From Massalongia carnosa (lineage: Eukaryota), in contig OZ287079.1 of assembly GCA_965645245.1 (NCBI GenBank), positions 868,001 to 932,000 on the forward strand: a stretch of DNA of 64,000 nucleotides, in the 5' to 3' direction. The position numbers were made by a program, and so were the translations under genes. Shown piece after piece: positions 1-14,209 of this stretch. Each line of letters opens with the position of its first letter. The stretch's first letter is position 1. Below the pieces are notes generated by a model. The model was given only the letters and a program-made list of their open reading frames with translations, made no database searches and had not been told where the DNA came from.

Positions 1-2929
1 CCTCCTCAAATGCACCGGGATTTGGATCGGCCCTGCGGGAAACAGATAGCCCTATTCGGTCTGGACGAGGCGTGTTAGATGAATTGTTTGGGAACCTTGA
101 TGTACGAAATCGTAACACTTCATTCACCAGCACCTACTCCGTGAATGAGGCTGGTCAAGTCACCTCAACTCAGGCACCAACGTCTGTTCCTTCGCAATCT
201 TATTCTGCTGCCTCGACATTTGGTGGTACACCCGCAATGGCCACGCCTGCTAGTAATTCATACTTTGTTCGATCTCATGATCAAGACAACAGCGCCTCCA
301 TATCAAGCCAAATGCCTGCCTCACAACAACGCCAAATGGTGATGCCAGATCGTATGAGATGGATCTATCGAGACCCCCAAGGCCACACGCAAGGCCCATG
401 GTCTGGTCTTGAGATGCACGATTGGTATAAGGCAGGCTTTTTCTCACCCGAGCTTCAAGTCAAAAAGCTTGAAGACGCCGATTATGAGCCTTTGGCTCAA
501 TTGATTCGTCGTATCGGCAATTCTCGCGAACCATTCTTAGTCCCTCAGATCGGCATCCCCCATGGTTCTGCTGTTGCAATGTCAAGCAGCAATGCCTCCA
601 TTCCAGGGGCCATTCCCGCAACCACACCTTCTACCATGCAGACGAGCTCCGCGCAACCTCCATTCGCCAGTAGCTTTCCAAGTTTTGGTACCACCCTAAC
701 CGCCGAACAACAGAATGCTTTGGAAAGGCGCAAGCAGGAGGAACAGTACCTTATGGCGAGACAGAAGGAGCACCTCGCCCAACAACAGGTCATGATAAAG
801 CAGATGCAGCATCTACAAGGCGGAGCTCATGGACTCCACAGCCAGCAACTCCATCATCATTCTAGTGCTCACAGTTTGCAGAGCCAACCTAGCTACGGCA
901 GCATAACTTCTCCCACAGGCTATCAACCTTCTCCAGCGCAGGGTCCAATACAGCCACCTGCCGCTGTGGCGGGTTTCTTTGACACGATGCCAAGAAGTTC
1001 GGTTCCGAGCCTTGGCCCTTTAGGCGGCAGCTCTGATACTTTGAGCTCAGTGCGAGAGGATGAAGTAGCAGGTCTCACGGATCGAATGAACACTGGACGC
1101 GCAAGCCAAAAAAACTACGTTGGACCCTCGTTCAATGCAGGCCACCACGAGGGTATGAATCATTCGCAGCAAGTAGCGGCTATGCTACAGGAGAGGGCCC
1201 GAATACAGCGTGAGCAGGAGCATTATGACATGCTTCAGCGCAATTCCGATGACCACCGGGGTACAGCTGACCGGCGTGAACAGTTTCATCTTCTAAGATC
1301 TCAATTGGATGAGCCACAACATTTCCCGCAACCGCTTCCTGCAGGTGGTCACACCGGTCGGCCATTAGAATCGGATGTTCCCGAGCAGCCCCAAGCACAG
1401 GACCGGGGCACGGAGTATCGAGATCTAGCCCAGTCAACATCAACAGCGCAGAAGGGTTCGGAAACCCTTTCATTGTCAGAGCAGGTGCAGAAAGCCGCCG
1501 CAATGGCCAAGCATTCCTCAAGTGCACAGCCTCAATCGCCTTGGGCCAAAATGGAGGTAGGCCTACCCCAGCCATTCCCACCGCCGCAGTCTAGCTCGCC
1601 GCTGCCGGCACCTGCAGCCCAAAGGAATAGGCAGCATGTTGCGGAAGCGCTTACCGCAGAATCGCGATCTCGGTCCCAGACCCCTTTAGTCGAAACCTCA
1701 AGCGCCGCACTTGCTCCGTGGGCAAAGGATACTACAGATAATTCCAAAGGTCCCTCGCTCAAGGAGATTCAAGCTGTGGAAGCAAAGAAAGCAGCGCAAC
1801 AAGAGGAAGCTGCAGCCGCAGCAAGGCGAGCTCTAGCCGAGCAAGAGCGTCACAACCAGCCTCAGCCCATCGCACTAGCCCCCGGTCTACCATTGTCAGC
1901 CAATTGGGCAAGCGGTGTATCGCCAGCGATCCCCATGTCGAACGGTCTATCCGTCTGGATAAAGCCAGGCGTGGGTAAAACGCCTACCGCAACGGCTCCA
2001 ACTAATGCGAAGAAGACCTTGACGCAAATACAAAAGGAGGAGGAAGCACGAAAGTCCCGTGCTGCTTCAGCAGCCGCCAGTGGTGTTACCAACCTTGCCA
2101 ACGTCTCCGCTGTTGCGGGGGGTAAACGGTACGCTGATCTGGCGGGCAAAGCGGCTTTGGCTATTCCTCAGGTCTCGAGTACGGCATGGACTACTGTTGG
2201 AGCGGGAGGGAAGGTCAAAACTCCGACTGGGCTGGGGCCGGTGGCGAGCACCAAGCACGCAACCATTCCATCGACACAACCTTTAGCCTCGGCATCTAAG
2301 CCGAAAGGGCCTGCGTCCGCGCGGAACACTATTGCCAATTCTGTGTCCGGACAACAAGCTGCCAACGATGAGTTTCAAAGATGGACCAAGAACGCGCTCA
2401 GCAAAGGTCTTAATACCGGCATTCCAGGTGAGATCTCGCACTTCCTTTGCCCATGTTTAAATTCAAGCAAGAAACCTTCTCCCTCATTTTGCCGAGTGCA
2501 TGTCATGTTTCCGATCCTGACTCACGCCCTCCCCCCCCAAAACTAAAACCAAATTAACTAACACCATCCTCCCCTTAAACAGTCGATGACTTCGTCTCCC
2601 AACTCCTCCAGCTCCCTCCGGAACCCGATATCATCTCCGACTCTATTTATTCCTCCTCGCAAACGCTCGACGGCCGCCGCTTCGCCGAGGAATTCATCCG
2701 TCGCCGCAAGCTCGCCGACAAGGGTATCGTCACCGAGGCCGGTGCCGGCGGGGTGCCGGGGTTTTCGCCCGTAGGCGGCGGTAGCGCGGGGGTAGAGGGC
2801 AAGGGTGGGTGGAGCGAGGTTGTCAAGAAGGGACCTCCTTCTGGAGGAGGGGCGGGGAAGGAGGGTGCGGAAAGGGAGAGAGAAAACTTTCGGGTCGTAC
2901 CGGGGAAGAAGAAGGGGAAGAGGGGCTGA
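1..2929 (+). CDS. GYF-domain protein (Smy2/Syh1/GIGYF-like), 5'-partial; exons <1-2427 and 2583-2929
   Basis: GYF motif WIYRDPQGHTQGPWSGLEMHDWYKAGFF. The frame is open from the window start. The intron 2428-2582 (GTGAGA...ACTAAC...CAG) joins to the typical C-terminus VDDFVSQLLQLP...LDGRRFAEEFIRRRK...WSEVVKK...KKKGKRG*. Confidence 0.9.
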
Positions 2930-3527
2930 GAAGGCTCGCAAAGCGGATAATGATGGCAATAGTCATGGTATAGGGGAGGGGGGGGTCAAAAAAACGCATT
3001 GTGTACGACGGAAGGACTTGCCGTGCATTGTTGTAGTCGTATTTTTTCTCAGCGAAATAGGTTTTGCTGCTTTGGAAAGGCGAAGCCGTCCCGATGCTTG
3101 ATCATCATTCCCCTTTTCCCCCCGGGACTAATAAAATGAAATGGAAACACCCCCAACACCCCAACCCCCAATATTTCTACATAACCTCAAGCCCCCCCTC
3201 CCGCCTCCCAGTACTTTTTTCTTTTTGTATTTTTTCTCTCTTTTTCTTTTTTTTATGCTACATATATCTTTCCAGTTTGCCTTTTCAGGTTATACTACCC
3301 AGCTTAATTTTATTGTTATCATTAGGCATCATTTGGTTGGAGCTTGACATTGATGATGATGATGGGGATTTTCCTTTTGCAATTTCGTCGCATTTTTCGA
3401 TTTTAGATTAATCCTTTACTTTATGAATCAATCGACCAAATCAACTAGTTATTTATTTTTTTATCGTTTCTATTCTTCCTTCTCTTCAACCAACGAGGAG
3501 AGATTAACCTCCCCCTTCCCCATTCCC

Positions 3528-3555
3528 TGTTGTTGTTGTTGTTGTTGTTGTTGTT
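3528..3555. repeat. (TGT)n microsatellite, ~9 units
   Basis: Directly visible perfect trinucleotide run. Confidence 0.95.
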
Positions 3556-3650
3556 CACAAACTCCCCAAAGGGTCTTGCATCATCTTCATCATCTTCGTC
3601 GTCGTCGTTGGCGGGCTTAGAAAGAACCAGCATCTCATTTGACCGCTTTA

Positions 3651-3681
3651 TTCGTTCGTTCGTTCGTTCGTTCGTTCGTTC
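3651..3681. repeat. (TTCG)n microsatellite, ~8 units
   Basis: Directly visible perfect tetranucleotide run. Confidence 0.95.
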
Positions 3682-4545
3682 ATTCTATTAGTCAGTCGGT
3701 TAGACAGTCGTGCGGGTTTCTTAACGTTCATCATCGGTTACATGGATGAGTTGGAGATGTGAGATTTCCTGGGCTCATTCCCCGAGTTTGGAGGGGCGTG
3801 TATATAGGCATGTATAGAATATATAAGCAGTTTCTAGATCCGAGATGTCTAGTGATTGATTGGCCCTGTGTTTCCGTCACGGCATGTATCTGTCTTCTCT
3901 CCCCATTTCTCCGCTAGCCATCGTAACAGCACATCTCTTGTAGCTATAACACAGCGTCCCTTCTTCCAGGATGAAATCCTTCGTCGAACAGAGACCTTTA
4001 TCGAGTCGAGAACATCGGGGTGGAGGAGCAATAGATGCAGAGAATGAGGGGGTCTGGTAAGAAGTGTAAAGTGAAATGATAACGGGCATACGGGGAAAGA
4101 AGGAAGCAGGTACACCTAGTCAAGTTCGAGGAAACTTCCACTCGCTCCCATAGCGAAACGCTAGCCCCTTTGAGTCTTATTTTGTTCTTTCAGTTAAACC
4201 TTTGTCGTTACAGAAGCCGAATCCAGATGACAGTTTCACGGCAGATATCTAGATCTAGCGCATCGATTCTCATCATAGGAGCGTTGCCAGAACAATATAA
4301 TCAAAACAATGCACGGTCCATCTCCTGTCCTCGACGAACTCTCGAAGATCCCAAGGTCATCATTCGTGTCCATCGATTTCCCACGCTTGGCCGAAGTCCC
4401 GGATGAAACAAGTCGAGCCTAATTTTATTAGCAATCGCTCTACAAGTCACCATCAACCTTCCTATAGCGCGCTGATGGATCTCTCTATAACCCTGGGTCG
4501 CCTGTTTGTAGAAATGCTGGTTTCTTCACTCAGTCTTTGTCCATC

Positions 4546-4926
4546 ATGCGCGTTCTCTTTGCTGCAAGCGTTGCAGCGCTCGCTGTCACGCTTGCCAATT
4601 GCTTGTCGGAGTTGGAAGACTTCGTTTTGGACAACAGTCACGTCACCACTCCTGCCATCTCGGACGGTTGGTCCGTCACAGCACCAGACGGCTCAAATGA
4701 ATTTTCCTACGCAGACGTATTAACCAACCCAGATTCTGCAGAAACCGAGCCGTACTCGCTATTCAGCGACGAGGACCTATACGCGGTGCGAAAGCAGCCA
4801 TGCCCACCAGAAAGCGCAAGGAATAGACTGGGGAATATCGCCAAGACCGGTAACTATAATTCTAATCTAAATGCTGTCTGGCGCCTAGAATTGGTTGCAA
4901 GGCGCTGATTTCAACCCGCAGGCTAA
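4546..4926 (+). CDS. Small putative secreted protein (possibly truncated or pseudogenised)
   Basis: ATG 4546 begins the signal-peptide-like MRVLFAASVAALAVTLANC, followed by an acidic region. A plausible intron 4850-4921 (GTAACT...GCTGAT...CAG) leads to TAA at 4924-4926; unspliced, the ORF ends at 4908. Confidence 0.4.
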
Positions 4927-5928
4927 GCATATTGTGCAGACAGCACCGCAGAAGAAAACTTATCACTGCCTAGTTTGCAAGACCTCCTCCACAAAGCTGG
5001 CAGTGAAGAGCTGAAAAGCCGAAGTGTAACAAACAGGCCGCTTGCTCTAACGGCAAACTTAGTGTACATGAAGAGGTGTCGGCGTGCGTTTTTTGTGAAT
5101 TTATTCGCTTTTCCGCATCGGCTCCTGATGCAAGTACGATGATGACGATATGACAATACGACTTATATTTTGTGATAGGGTAGCATGGTTACTGTTACGT
5201 TAGCGTATTGGTAAGCAAATGTTTCGCTTCCTTCAGTGCTCCTCCTTCCCGTTCATGTTAGTTACGGCTGCATGCAGTTTGAAAAAATGATATGAATCAC
5301 TTGCGAAAAATGACGATCTGCCATCTCGATAGACTCCCAACGCCATAAACTGAAATCGCTTAGACTCTCGCATTGGGCTCTAGTTACATGAGATAGGCAT
5401 ACATCTAAAGGGAAACATCGATCGTTCTCAAACTCAGAAGACAGTAACTTTATGCCGTACAGTTTCTTGCACCGACGTTGCTTGTCTAACAATTGGAGTG
5501 CTGTTGGATAGGTATTACCAAGACTATGTATACGTAGTTACTGTTATTGAAAAAAAACAAACTCCCTAAGTGGGTATAAAAAGAAACTTGGTGTAATTTG
5601 TCGCCAAGCGCAGGGAAAAGGATCCTTAGATTTATTCAAGAATACTAAACAAAAGCACTCCCAAAGGCCCACCCGGTGCCTGATTAGTCAGGCATTTGTC
5701 CCGTCTCTCGGGTTTATGGACAGTATGACACCCTGAATCTTGCAGCGAACACGGGAGGAGCCTGACAACGCGAGAGGATATTGATGGACGTGCTTTATAG
5801 GCTAGGTCGTAACTCGTAACATGAGAGTTCCTGTTTGGAATTGTTCCTAGCAAATTTTCGAGTTTCGTGTTTGTATATAGATATGTTTGGTTTCATGTAT
5901 AGTATTACGGATTGGAATTTCGGTCACT

Positions 5929-7649
5929 ATGAGGTGGTTTCAATATGGGTGGAGATCTGTCGTGTCGACCTTTCGTGTGCTTGTGTTGCTCACATTAACG
6001 GTTCCCGCCGCTGCTCAGGGCGACGACTGTGCCCTATGCCCGTTGGGCGAGTCTATCTGGAACGGACTGGTCGACGGCTTTAAGGGACTATTTGATGAGG
6101 GGACAGTCGCACCAGCTACGGAGCCAGTCGCGCCGGTCGTACTGCCTCCAATTCCAGAAGGGACACCAGACCCAACCGTCCCAGAAGACACAACGCCCAT
6201 AGGAACCAACCTGATACATTCTGTCAGCAACAGCGCTGAGTCCGATCAAATACCTAAGATAGATGATAAATGCGATCCCGCAAACCTTAATGTAAGTCTC
6301 TAGGGCCTACCGTTGACGACTCTAGATGACTCGAGGCAACGTTGACACCTTTCTCACAGAACCTGAATCTCAACGCTTGTGGGGTTGCCACCGCTTCCAT
6401 TATCTGGCCGGAGGACTGTGGAAATGCGGTGCAAAACGAAAGGATCCTAGCAGCGCTGACTACCAGAGTAACTGCCGACCGGGTCTTTACCTCAACCAAC
6501 AAATGCGGCACATTTTTCTTCACCGCGCCGCTAACGCAAGACGACATCGACAATCTCCTGAAAGAAAATATTGGTATCAAGACCATCGAGCCCGACAGTG
6601 GCGGTTCTTTGGCCAGTTTCTCGACAATCCACAAAATGCGCAACCAGAAGCGGGACACGGTGGAGGTGATGCTGCAATCAGAAGATGATTTGGCATACAT
6701 CTCTACCCCTCCCAACTCGAAAAACCTAGAACGCAAATACGCACGTTTTGCGCGTTCAGGCGCAGGGATCACCATATACATTGTAGATACCGGTGCGGTA
6801 GCAAATCTTCCCGACTTTACCAGTCGCAACCTTATCGAAGGGTGGATATACGGTCTTTGTGTGATAAATTCGGAAACCGATCTCGATCCCGGTGGCCACG
6901 GAACGTGCATGTTGGCTAAAGTCGCTGTCGCCTGGTGCGGAGTAGCGGTTAACCCAAAAATAATCGTTGTTAAAATCGATGTCGAGCTTCGAAGCACTAC
7001 TCTCGATGGGCTGGAAAAAATCAACCGACACATGGAAGAGCGGCACGCGGCTGGGAAAAACGTGAAGGGTTTTTCCGTTGTCCTGATAGCGCTGTGCTAC
7101 CCGAAACAGATACTGCATCAGGAGAGCGAACTCCGAGCAAAAAACTTGATGAGGCAGATGGTGACCGATTGGCAAGTCGTGTTCGTCGTTGCCAGCTGTA
7201 ACGCGGAATACCATAATGGGGACAAGCCGTACGATGCAGTCAACCGATGGCCGGCTAGCTTCGCCCAGACGCCCGATCTCCCCATCATCGTCGTAGGAGC
7301 CGTAGACACAGATACTACCGAGGTGTTTGAATGGTCCATGGGATCGCGGGGGGGTGGCGCAACCGTCCACGCCCCGGGCAGGGGGCGTTGTCTTAGCGCT
7401 TCCGGCGCGCCAACCACGGCGTTTGGAACTTCTGTTGCGGCCGCTATCACCTGCGGATACATCGGAGATCTTTTATCTCGCGATGTGACGGGGCCTATGC
7501 TGCGACGGGATGAGAACTCCATTGCACGCAATGTTCGAGACTACGTAGTGAGCAAGGCGTATATACGAGACCCGGCCGGGGGGGAGAAGGTTATTTGGAA
7601 TGGACTCTATCCTGACGAGCCGGGAAGAGAGTCCATTCTCCGACGGTGA
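5929..7649 (+). CDS. Secreted subtilisin-like serine protease (peptidase S8), ~550 aa; exons 5929-6291 and 6360-7649
   Basis: Hydrophobic leader VLVLLTLTVPAAA. Phase-0 intron 6292-6359 (GTAAGT...TTGAC...CAG). Catalytic triad motifs IYIVDTG (Asp), GGHGTCM (His) and FGTSVAAA (Ser); oxyanion Asn in VVASCN; also WPA and IVVGAVD motifs. Confidence 0.88.
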
Positions 7650-8260
7650 TGATATTGCTCGTATTCATCCCCTTTTGCAATATCGCCAAGCCTCAAAATA
7701 GAGAGAAAACCCTAACTCTCTATGTAATAAATCGTCTGAAACTTTAAGCATCATCAATTCTTATTATGGAAAGCTTTACATAAGTTGAAAAAAAAAGCAA
7801 TTCCCCACTGGCGGCATTATGTCGCAATCGATCTTGCTTGTGTGCTGAACACCTAGCCATGCACGCTTCGAACGTAATGGACTCTAGGATGACACCTAAC
7901 AAACATACATCGCTCCGAACAGTTAATCTCTTGCTGAGTTCTTGCATCGAAGAATTAAATCGTAAATCGAGTTTCGGAGTTGTGGGTTCGTTAACCCCGG
8001 ACTCGGATCGACGGCACGACGGCACGACAGCACGCCGCCACCAAGGGAAGGCCTGTTGGGTTATGTAAGCCCTCCGTTGAAAAGAAGCCCTAATCCGTCC
8101 CTAACGTGGGAGTGACTCATCAGGCATTGATACCTACACCCTCAAGGTTTTTCTTTACTCTTCTTCATTCAATCAGCGCCTTCCTTAAATACAACTCCAT
8201 CGAAGAGCATCGCTTCATCCATTACCTCCTTCTCCCTAATTGGGTTGTAATCGTAACGTC

Positions 8261-9653
8261 ATGGCCCATCAAATCCCCTTTGGCCGGGCTATGCGCACTG
8301 CCCACTTCGCCTTTGACCCCAGTTATACGCCTTTGAACCATGGCTCCTTCGGCACCTATCCCACGGCTATCCTCCAGCAGCTGCATGCCTGCCAGCATGC
8401 CGCGGAATCGCGACCAGACACCTGGATCCGCTACGAGGTCCCCGTGCAGCTCGACGCTTCCCGTATTGCAGTCGCAAAATTCCTGAACATCTTGCCTGAG
8501 GAAGTGGTGTTGGTCCCCAACGCCACAACTGCTGTGAATGTGGTGCTGAGATCGCTGAAGTATGAACAAGGAGATGTGATAATTTATTTCTCGACGTTGT
8601 ATGGGGCTTGCGAGAAGACTATTGAGTATTTATCTGAGTCGACGGGAGTGGCGGGGGAGAGGGTGGAGATTAGGTACCCCCTCGCCGACGATGAAGTGAT
8701 GAGAAAGTTTGAGGAGAGAGTGCAACGGGTAAAGGACGACGGGAAGAGGCCGAGGGTGGCGGTTTTCGATACGATTTCCAGCTTTCCTGGCGTTCGAGTG
8801 CCGTGGGAGCGACTAGTTCAGTCATGCAAAGCACATGGCGTGATGAGTCTTGTGGACGGCGCACATGGAATTGGCCATATTGACTTGCAGCATTTGGGTA
8901 CGGTTGGGCCGGATTTCTTTACAAGCAACTGCCATAAGTAGGTTCTGTCTCGTTTTTCCAATCATGCGATCTCAAACAGCCATCCTCAATGGGAACAGAT
9001 AACTCATTATGGGCGGAAACCGTAGGTGGCTCTTTGTACCAAGAGGCTGCGCCATCTTTCATGTTCCGATTCGAAACCAGTACTTGATTCGAAGTTCACT
9101 CCCTACGTCTCACAGCTTCGTACCATTGCCTAAACCAGGTCAGCCGGAGATTTTCAATCCTTTACCATCAGGCAGTCAGAACAGTTTTGTAGGGTTATTT
9201 GAATTCACCGCCACCATTGACGTCAGCCCGTATCTTTGCATTAACGAAGCCATCAATTTTAGACGCAACGCCTGCGGTGGGGAGGAAGAAATTATGAGAT
9301 ATAACTCGAACTTAGCGCAAGAAGGCGGAAAACAGGTTGCGGCGTTACTACACACAAAGGTAATGGGGAACGAGGAAGGGACATGTTTTACCAACATAAA
9401 ACTACCACTAACGATCGGATACAAAGAAGGGGAAGTCAAAAAATCAGACATGATTGTAGCAGCAGCGTGGATGGCAAATAGATTTGTCCATGATTATAAT
9501 ACCTATATGGGGGTTTATCTTCATGGAGATAGTTTCTGGGTCCGGATTAGCGGACAGATTTATTTGGAGATGGCTGATTTTCTGCGGGGCGCGGAAATTC
9601 TGAGGGAACTTTGTCAACGAGTTCAACATGGCGAATATCTTGAATCCAAATAA
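8261..9653 (+). CDS. PLP-dependent class V aminotransferase / C-S lyase (hercynylcysteine sulfoxide lyase Egt2 / LolT-like); exons 8261-8937 and 9026-9653
   Basis: Motifs LNHGSFG, VPNATTAVN and LVDGAHG. The PLP-lysine motif SNCHK|WLFVPRG is split by intron 8938-9025 (GTAGGT...TAG). C-terminal WVRISGQIYLE. Confidence 0.88.
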
Positions 9654-10854
9654 GACGTTGGATATGTTCGGATGTAGCTCCGAATTTGGTCAGCAGCTTC
9701 ACATAACACCGTTAGGAAATGAAACACAAATGAAAAGCGATTTTCTGGCTCTCATGAATGTGTAACGTCGTTTGAACAACGCTTCAATATTGTGCGAGGA
9801 GCCAAGTTTCGTTACGGAGACCCCTTCACAACGACCTAATCGCAAGCATGATAAAAGAGAAGGCCTAATAGCAGCAGATGTCATACCAGTCAACGGATCG
9901 CATTTCGATCGGAGTATCAAGTCTAGTACCGGGTACCGGTTGATTCCCTTCCTGCGAGACAGATCGACATCCTCGATGGCTGTTCCACTACATATCAGGG
10001 AAATTCAATATGTGGTGCCGCCATTCCTATGTCCGGTGGTGATTGAAAGCCTGAGGCTTGCATTCGCCTCCGTTCCCTGTGTCCATTTTTCAGGGCGACG
10101 TTGTGATTTGCTTGTATCCTGTTCACGTGGGAACTGGTGACTTGTTCATGCAGGAAGTCTGCAGTGGGATCTGATAATTCTCCGGCCTCCACAAACGAGA
10201 AGCTTGTTAAGATAAAGGCAAAAGACACATTTGAAGAAGAGATTTCCTTGTTGGGTTTTTTGGGGTGGATTTCGGCGAGTCAGATGGTTAAGAGCAAGGT
10301 CCCATCAAGAGGAACTGGAAGAATCTATCGCTTTATTATTGATCCGTACTCCGTGCTCTTCGGATCGACTTTGTTCCTTATTCGCTCAGCTCGACAGGTT
10401 CACCTCCACACCTCTCACCTCCAACTCCGGTAACGCTCCTTAACTCTCTGGACAGGGTAGATAAGTACCGGAATAGTCTTTCTACCGGCTTCTTAGGCAA
10501 GAAGATTTCTTTACGGAGTAATCAGCTTTGTTGCTCACCTCGTGCCTCCAAATAGAGCTAGATCCTATCATAGAGTCATACTCATCCAGTCATCCCTTAT
10601 CCGCATCGGCGTCAGCATCGGCGTCATACCACAATACCCTCCTCCCTCCGTTCCTTGTTACCTTCATCGTACTTTGCTGCAACACAAAGCTTGGAGTGCG
10701 ACGAGTGGCATTTCTCCCTCATCATCAGCTTTTCGCTTCTACCGCCAATCAACCTTCGGTCCGTGATTGCTACACAACATCGGATCCTTCTGTTGTCAAA
10801 CACACCTAAGCCGATTGTCGTCAATATATCATTCGCTATCGGTGTCGTCTCTCG

Positions 10855-13800
10855 ATGAACCCATTAGTCAGAGTTCGTCCAACAAAACACTCCACGTCTT
10901 TGTCTGCTGGCTCAAAAACAGCATCGGAAAGCTCCAGTCATCCGGATCCTGAAAACACGTCAACCTCCAACTTCACTCCCTCGGAAACCCCACCTCAAAT
11001 ACCAAGCTCGGGCCCCCCAGAACTCCAAGACCTAGATAACGTCCAATTGTCTAAGATGGAAGAAGCCACGGGACACGGCTCCACAGCGAAGGAGGGAGTA
11101 CTCCCAGCTGCAACAGATAACGCCGCATCTCAGTCGGAGACGAAGACGCAAGACGTACCGGATGCGAAGGGAAAGAAGGTCGTCTGCCTGAAACATCCCA
11201 AGGCGCAGAAAAAAGTAAAGAAACGACAAAAGGCAAAAGCGGAGGTATTGAGCAGCAGCGAGGATTCGTCATCGTCGGATGAAACATCCAGCTCTAACGA
11301 CTCAGAAGACTCTACAGATTCAGATTCATCGGAGGACGACGATGTTGAGGCAGCAAAGAAGCGAAAAACCAAGTCAAAGAAAGCCAAAAAGTTGAAGGAA
11401 AAGAAGAAGGCGAAGTCGCGGAAGCACAAGGAGGCGAGCGAGGAAGACTCGGACTCGGGGTCCAGCGAGGAGTCCAGCTCAGAAGAGGAGGAAAAGAGGA
11501 AAAAGTCCAAATCGAAGAAGAAGCGACGCTCGAAGAAAAATCGTAAAGATGTGGAGGATTCGGAAAGTGAGGAGGACGAAACGGATCCGTTGGCGATTGC
11601 AAAAGCCCAGCTGAACGCTCTCAACCTTCGACGGTCGCTAGGAAGAAGGGGTAGAGGAGGCCGGCTCTCGCTTGACGAACGGTTGTTGAAAAAGTCCCTG
11701 AATTCCAAGGCAAAGGGAAAGAAGAAGAAGAGGTAGCTCGATCGATCTTGAAGATGGTCTTGGCTGACACGCTTTCGCAGGGGCTCAAAGGTTGACTTTG
11801 TACGGGTGGATCAGCTTTGGGACAGTTCAATACACAACTACAAACTTACGGAGACTGCTGAAGATGCTGATGCGGACGAGTACGATCAATATGTTTTCAC
11901 CGTGCGCCGCAAGTTTGATTGGGAAAACAAATACACCGAAACGGTGGTGGATATTAAGAGCAAACCCTTGAAAGAAGCTTTGACTCATGTTATGGGAGCC
12001 GTCAAAGGTATGTCTGATTGGTAAATGCATTGTCTGTGCACTGCTGATGAAGCAAACAAGGTGTAAGCTTTGCAGAAGAGACGCCCACGATCGATCCAAA
12101 CATGCTTTTTCTTTATCTAGAGGAGATGCGATTGCACATGAAGGAGCTCAAGGCGACAGTCAAAACGGAAAAGAAAAAGAAGACAAAGAAGCTCACTGCG
12201 CTCAAAGCAGGTCATATTAAGGTGCTGATCAAGTACCTTGACAAAGACTATGCCGAGACTAAGAAGACCCTTTACCCGTTATTGGAATCGAATACCATTA
12301 CTTTCGATTTACTTTGGGCTCTGTTTAAAAGCAATGAGATTGCATACTGTCCTACTTACTCTAATCCAGATGAGCCTCGAGCTTTTAAAATCGAGTATGC
12401 TACTAAGGTATGATCTAAACGGTCTCACCACTACACATGCCTATTAACAATCCTACTAGGAATCCTCATTCATGAAAGGGACATGGTACAATGTCGAAGG
12501 ACGTTATCTTGAATATGACGGCAAAACATTTGGTATGGGAACCATGGAAGTTGAAGTGGAACAGTTCAAAGGACCTCGAAAAATCTCCAGCTTGGCTTGT
12601 TACCCTCTGAAATATCACAAAGACTCTGATCTGCTCAAACAACAATTGATTGAGCGTGGCAAGAAATTTGTCGCTCTCAAAGGCATGAATTACCGCTTTC
12701 ACAAAGGTATGGGATTCTATAAGAAGAAACGCCAGATTATCAAGGTCAACATTAACGGAAGAGTCATGGTGGATCCCGCAATACATCGACGTATCAACCC
12801 AAATTACCCGATATCCACCGTCAAGCCAAAAGACCCTGACATTCTTGACGAGGAGGAAGGCAGCGATGGCGAGAGCTGCGGGTGTTGCGAGAGTTCTGAC
12901 GATGGCGACCGAAAGCCTCCAGATCAGCTTGACGACGCTGACAAGCCCAAAACTAAAATGAAGCTTGTCATTGATGAGAATGAAAGGCCACACATCGTCG
13001 AGGTAGAGATGGACGAGAATGGTAACGAGATCCAAAAGGAGGACATTGACCGCCTACCAGGTGAGGATGACGCTGTGGAGAGGGAGTTTACCGCCGAGGA
13101 GCTCTTAATCGCCAGTCCGGTTGTTCTGGGCTTTGCTTTTAGCGAGAAGCTCTGGCTTGAATTCACAGTGTCTGGTATTAATGACATTGATTGGAACGAG
13201 GGTGCATTTGACTCGCTGGTGTTGCCGGACAATCAGAAATCGATTGTTAAGGCCTTGGTAGAATCCCATACCTTCCAAGCGAGCCGTAACATCGATGATG
13301 TCATTCAAGGTTGGTATATTCTTTTCCGCTTTAGATAGACTCACTAATACGTATACAGGCAAGGGTCGCGGTCTTGTAGCCGTCCTTCACGGACCCCCTG
13401 GAACCGGCAAAACCCTAACCGCCGAAGGAATTGCCGAACTGCTTAAATGTCCTCTCTACATGGTCAGTGCCGGCGAGCTTGGCACAAATCCGCGCGAACT
13501 TGAAGCCGAACTCAACAAGATCCTCGACATTGCACACTCCTGGGGAGCAGTCCTACTGCTTGACGAAGCCGATGTTTTCCTGGAGAAACGCACTATCCAG
13601 GATATTCATCGTAACGCTCTAGTCAGCATTTTCCTTCGGCTATTGGAGTATTTTCAAGGTATCCTCTTCCTGACAACCAATCGCGTTGAGACCTTTGATG
13701 ATGCCTTTCAATCCCGTATCCACGTTGCCCTCAGGTACGGCGAGTTGGCTTCGAAGGCGAAGAGGACGGTGTGGAAAATGTTTCTTGATAAGGTAAAAGC

Positions 13801-14209
13801 TAAGGATGGGGTTGAGACTGAGCACTTCCGGGAATCGGATTACGACAAACTCGCGAGGCATAACTTGAACGGTCGACAGGTAAATTCAGATTCTTGCTAT
13901 CCGCTAACGGAAGATGAGGAGTAGACCTTGCTGACGTGAATTTACCCGTATAGATTAAAAATGCCGTGCGTACGGCCCAAGCGCTTGCCGTCAATGAGAA
14001 AACGCCTCTGAGCATGATTCACATCGCAAAAGTGCTTGAGGTAGCAGAAACGTTTGAAAAGGACCTGAAGGGCGGAACTGGATACGAAGGTATGCCGCTA
14101 TATGCTACGTCTTCAGTCCATTTCCTTGGCCCTTTTCTTCCAGATCGTAATCAGCATCTCAAAGCGCTAACCATGTGGGCTCACAGATGCGATGCGAAGT
14201 TATACGTAA
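10855..14209 (+). CDS. Fungal AAA+ ATPase with long Lys/Ser/Glu-rich N-terminus; 7 exons (10855-11732, 11781-12007, 12061-12407, 12460-13309, 13359-13879, 13954-14089, 14187-14209)
   Basis: Walker A HGPPGTGKT, Walker B LLLDEAD, sensor LTTNR, FDDAFQSRIH and LNGRQ|IKN. All six introns are GT-AG and frame-compatible. The protein ends ...GYEDAMRSYT*. Confidence 0.92.
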
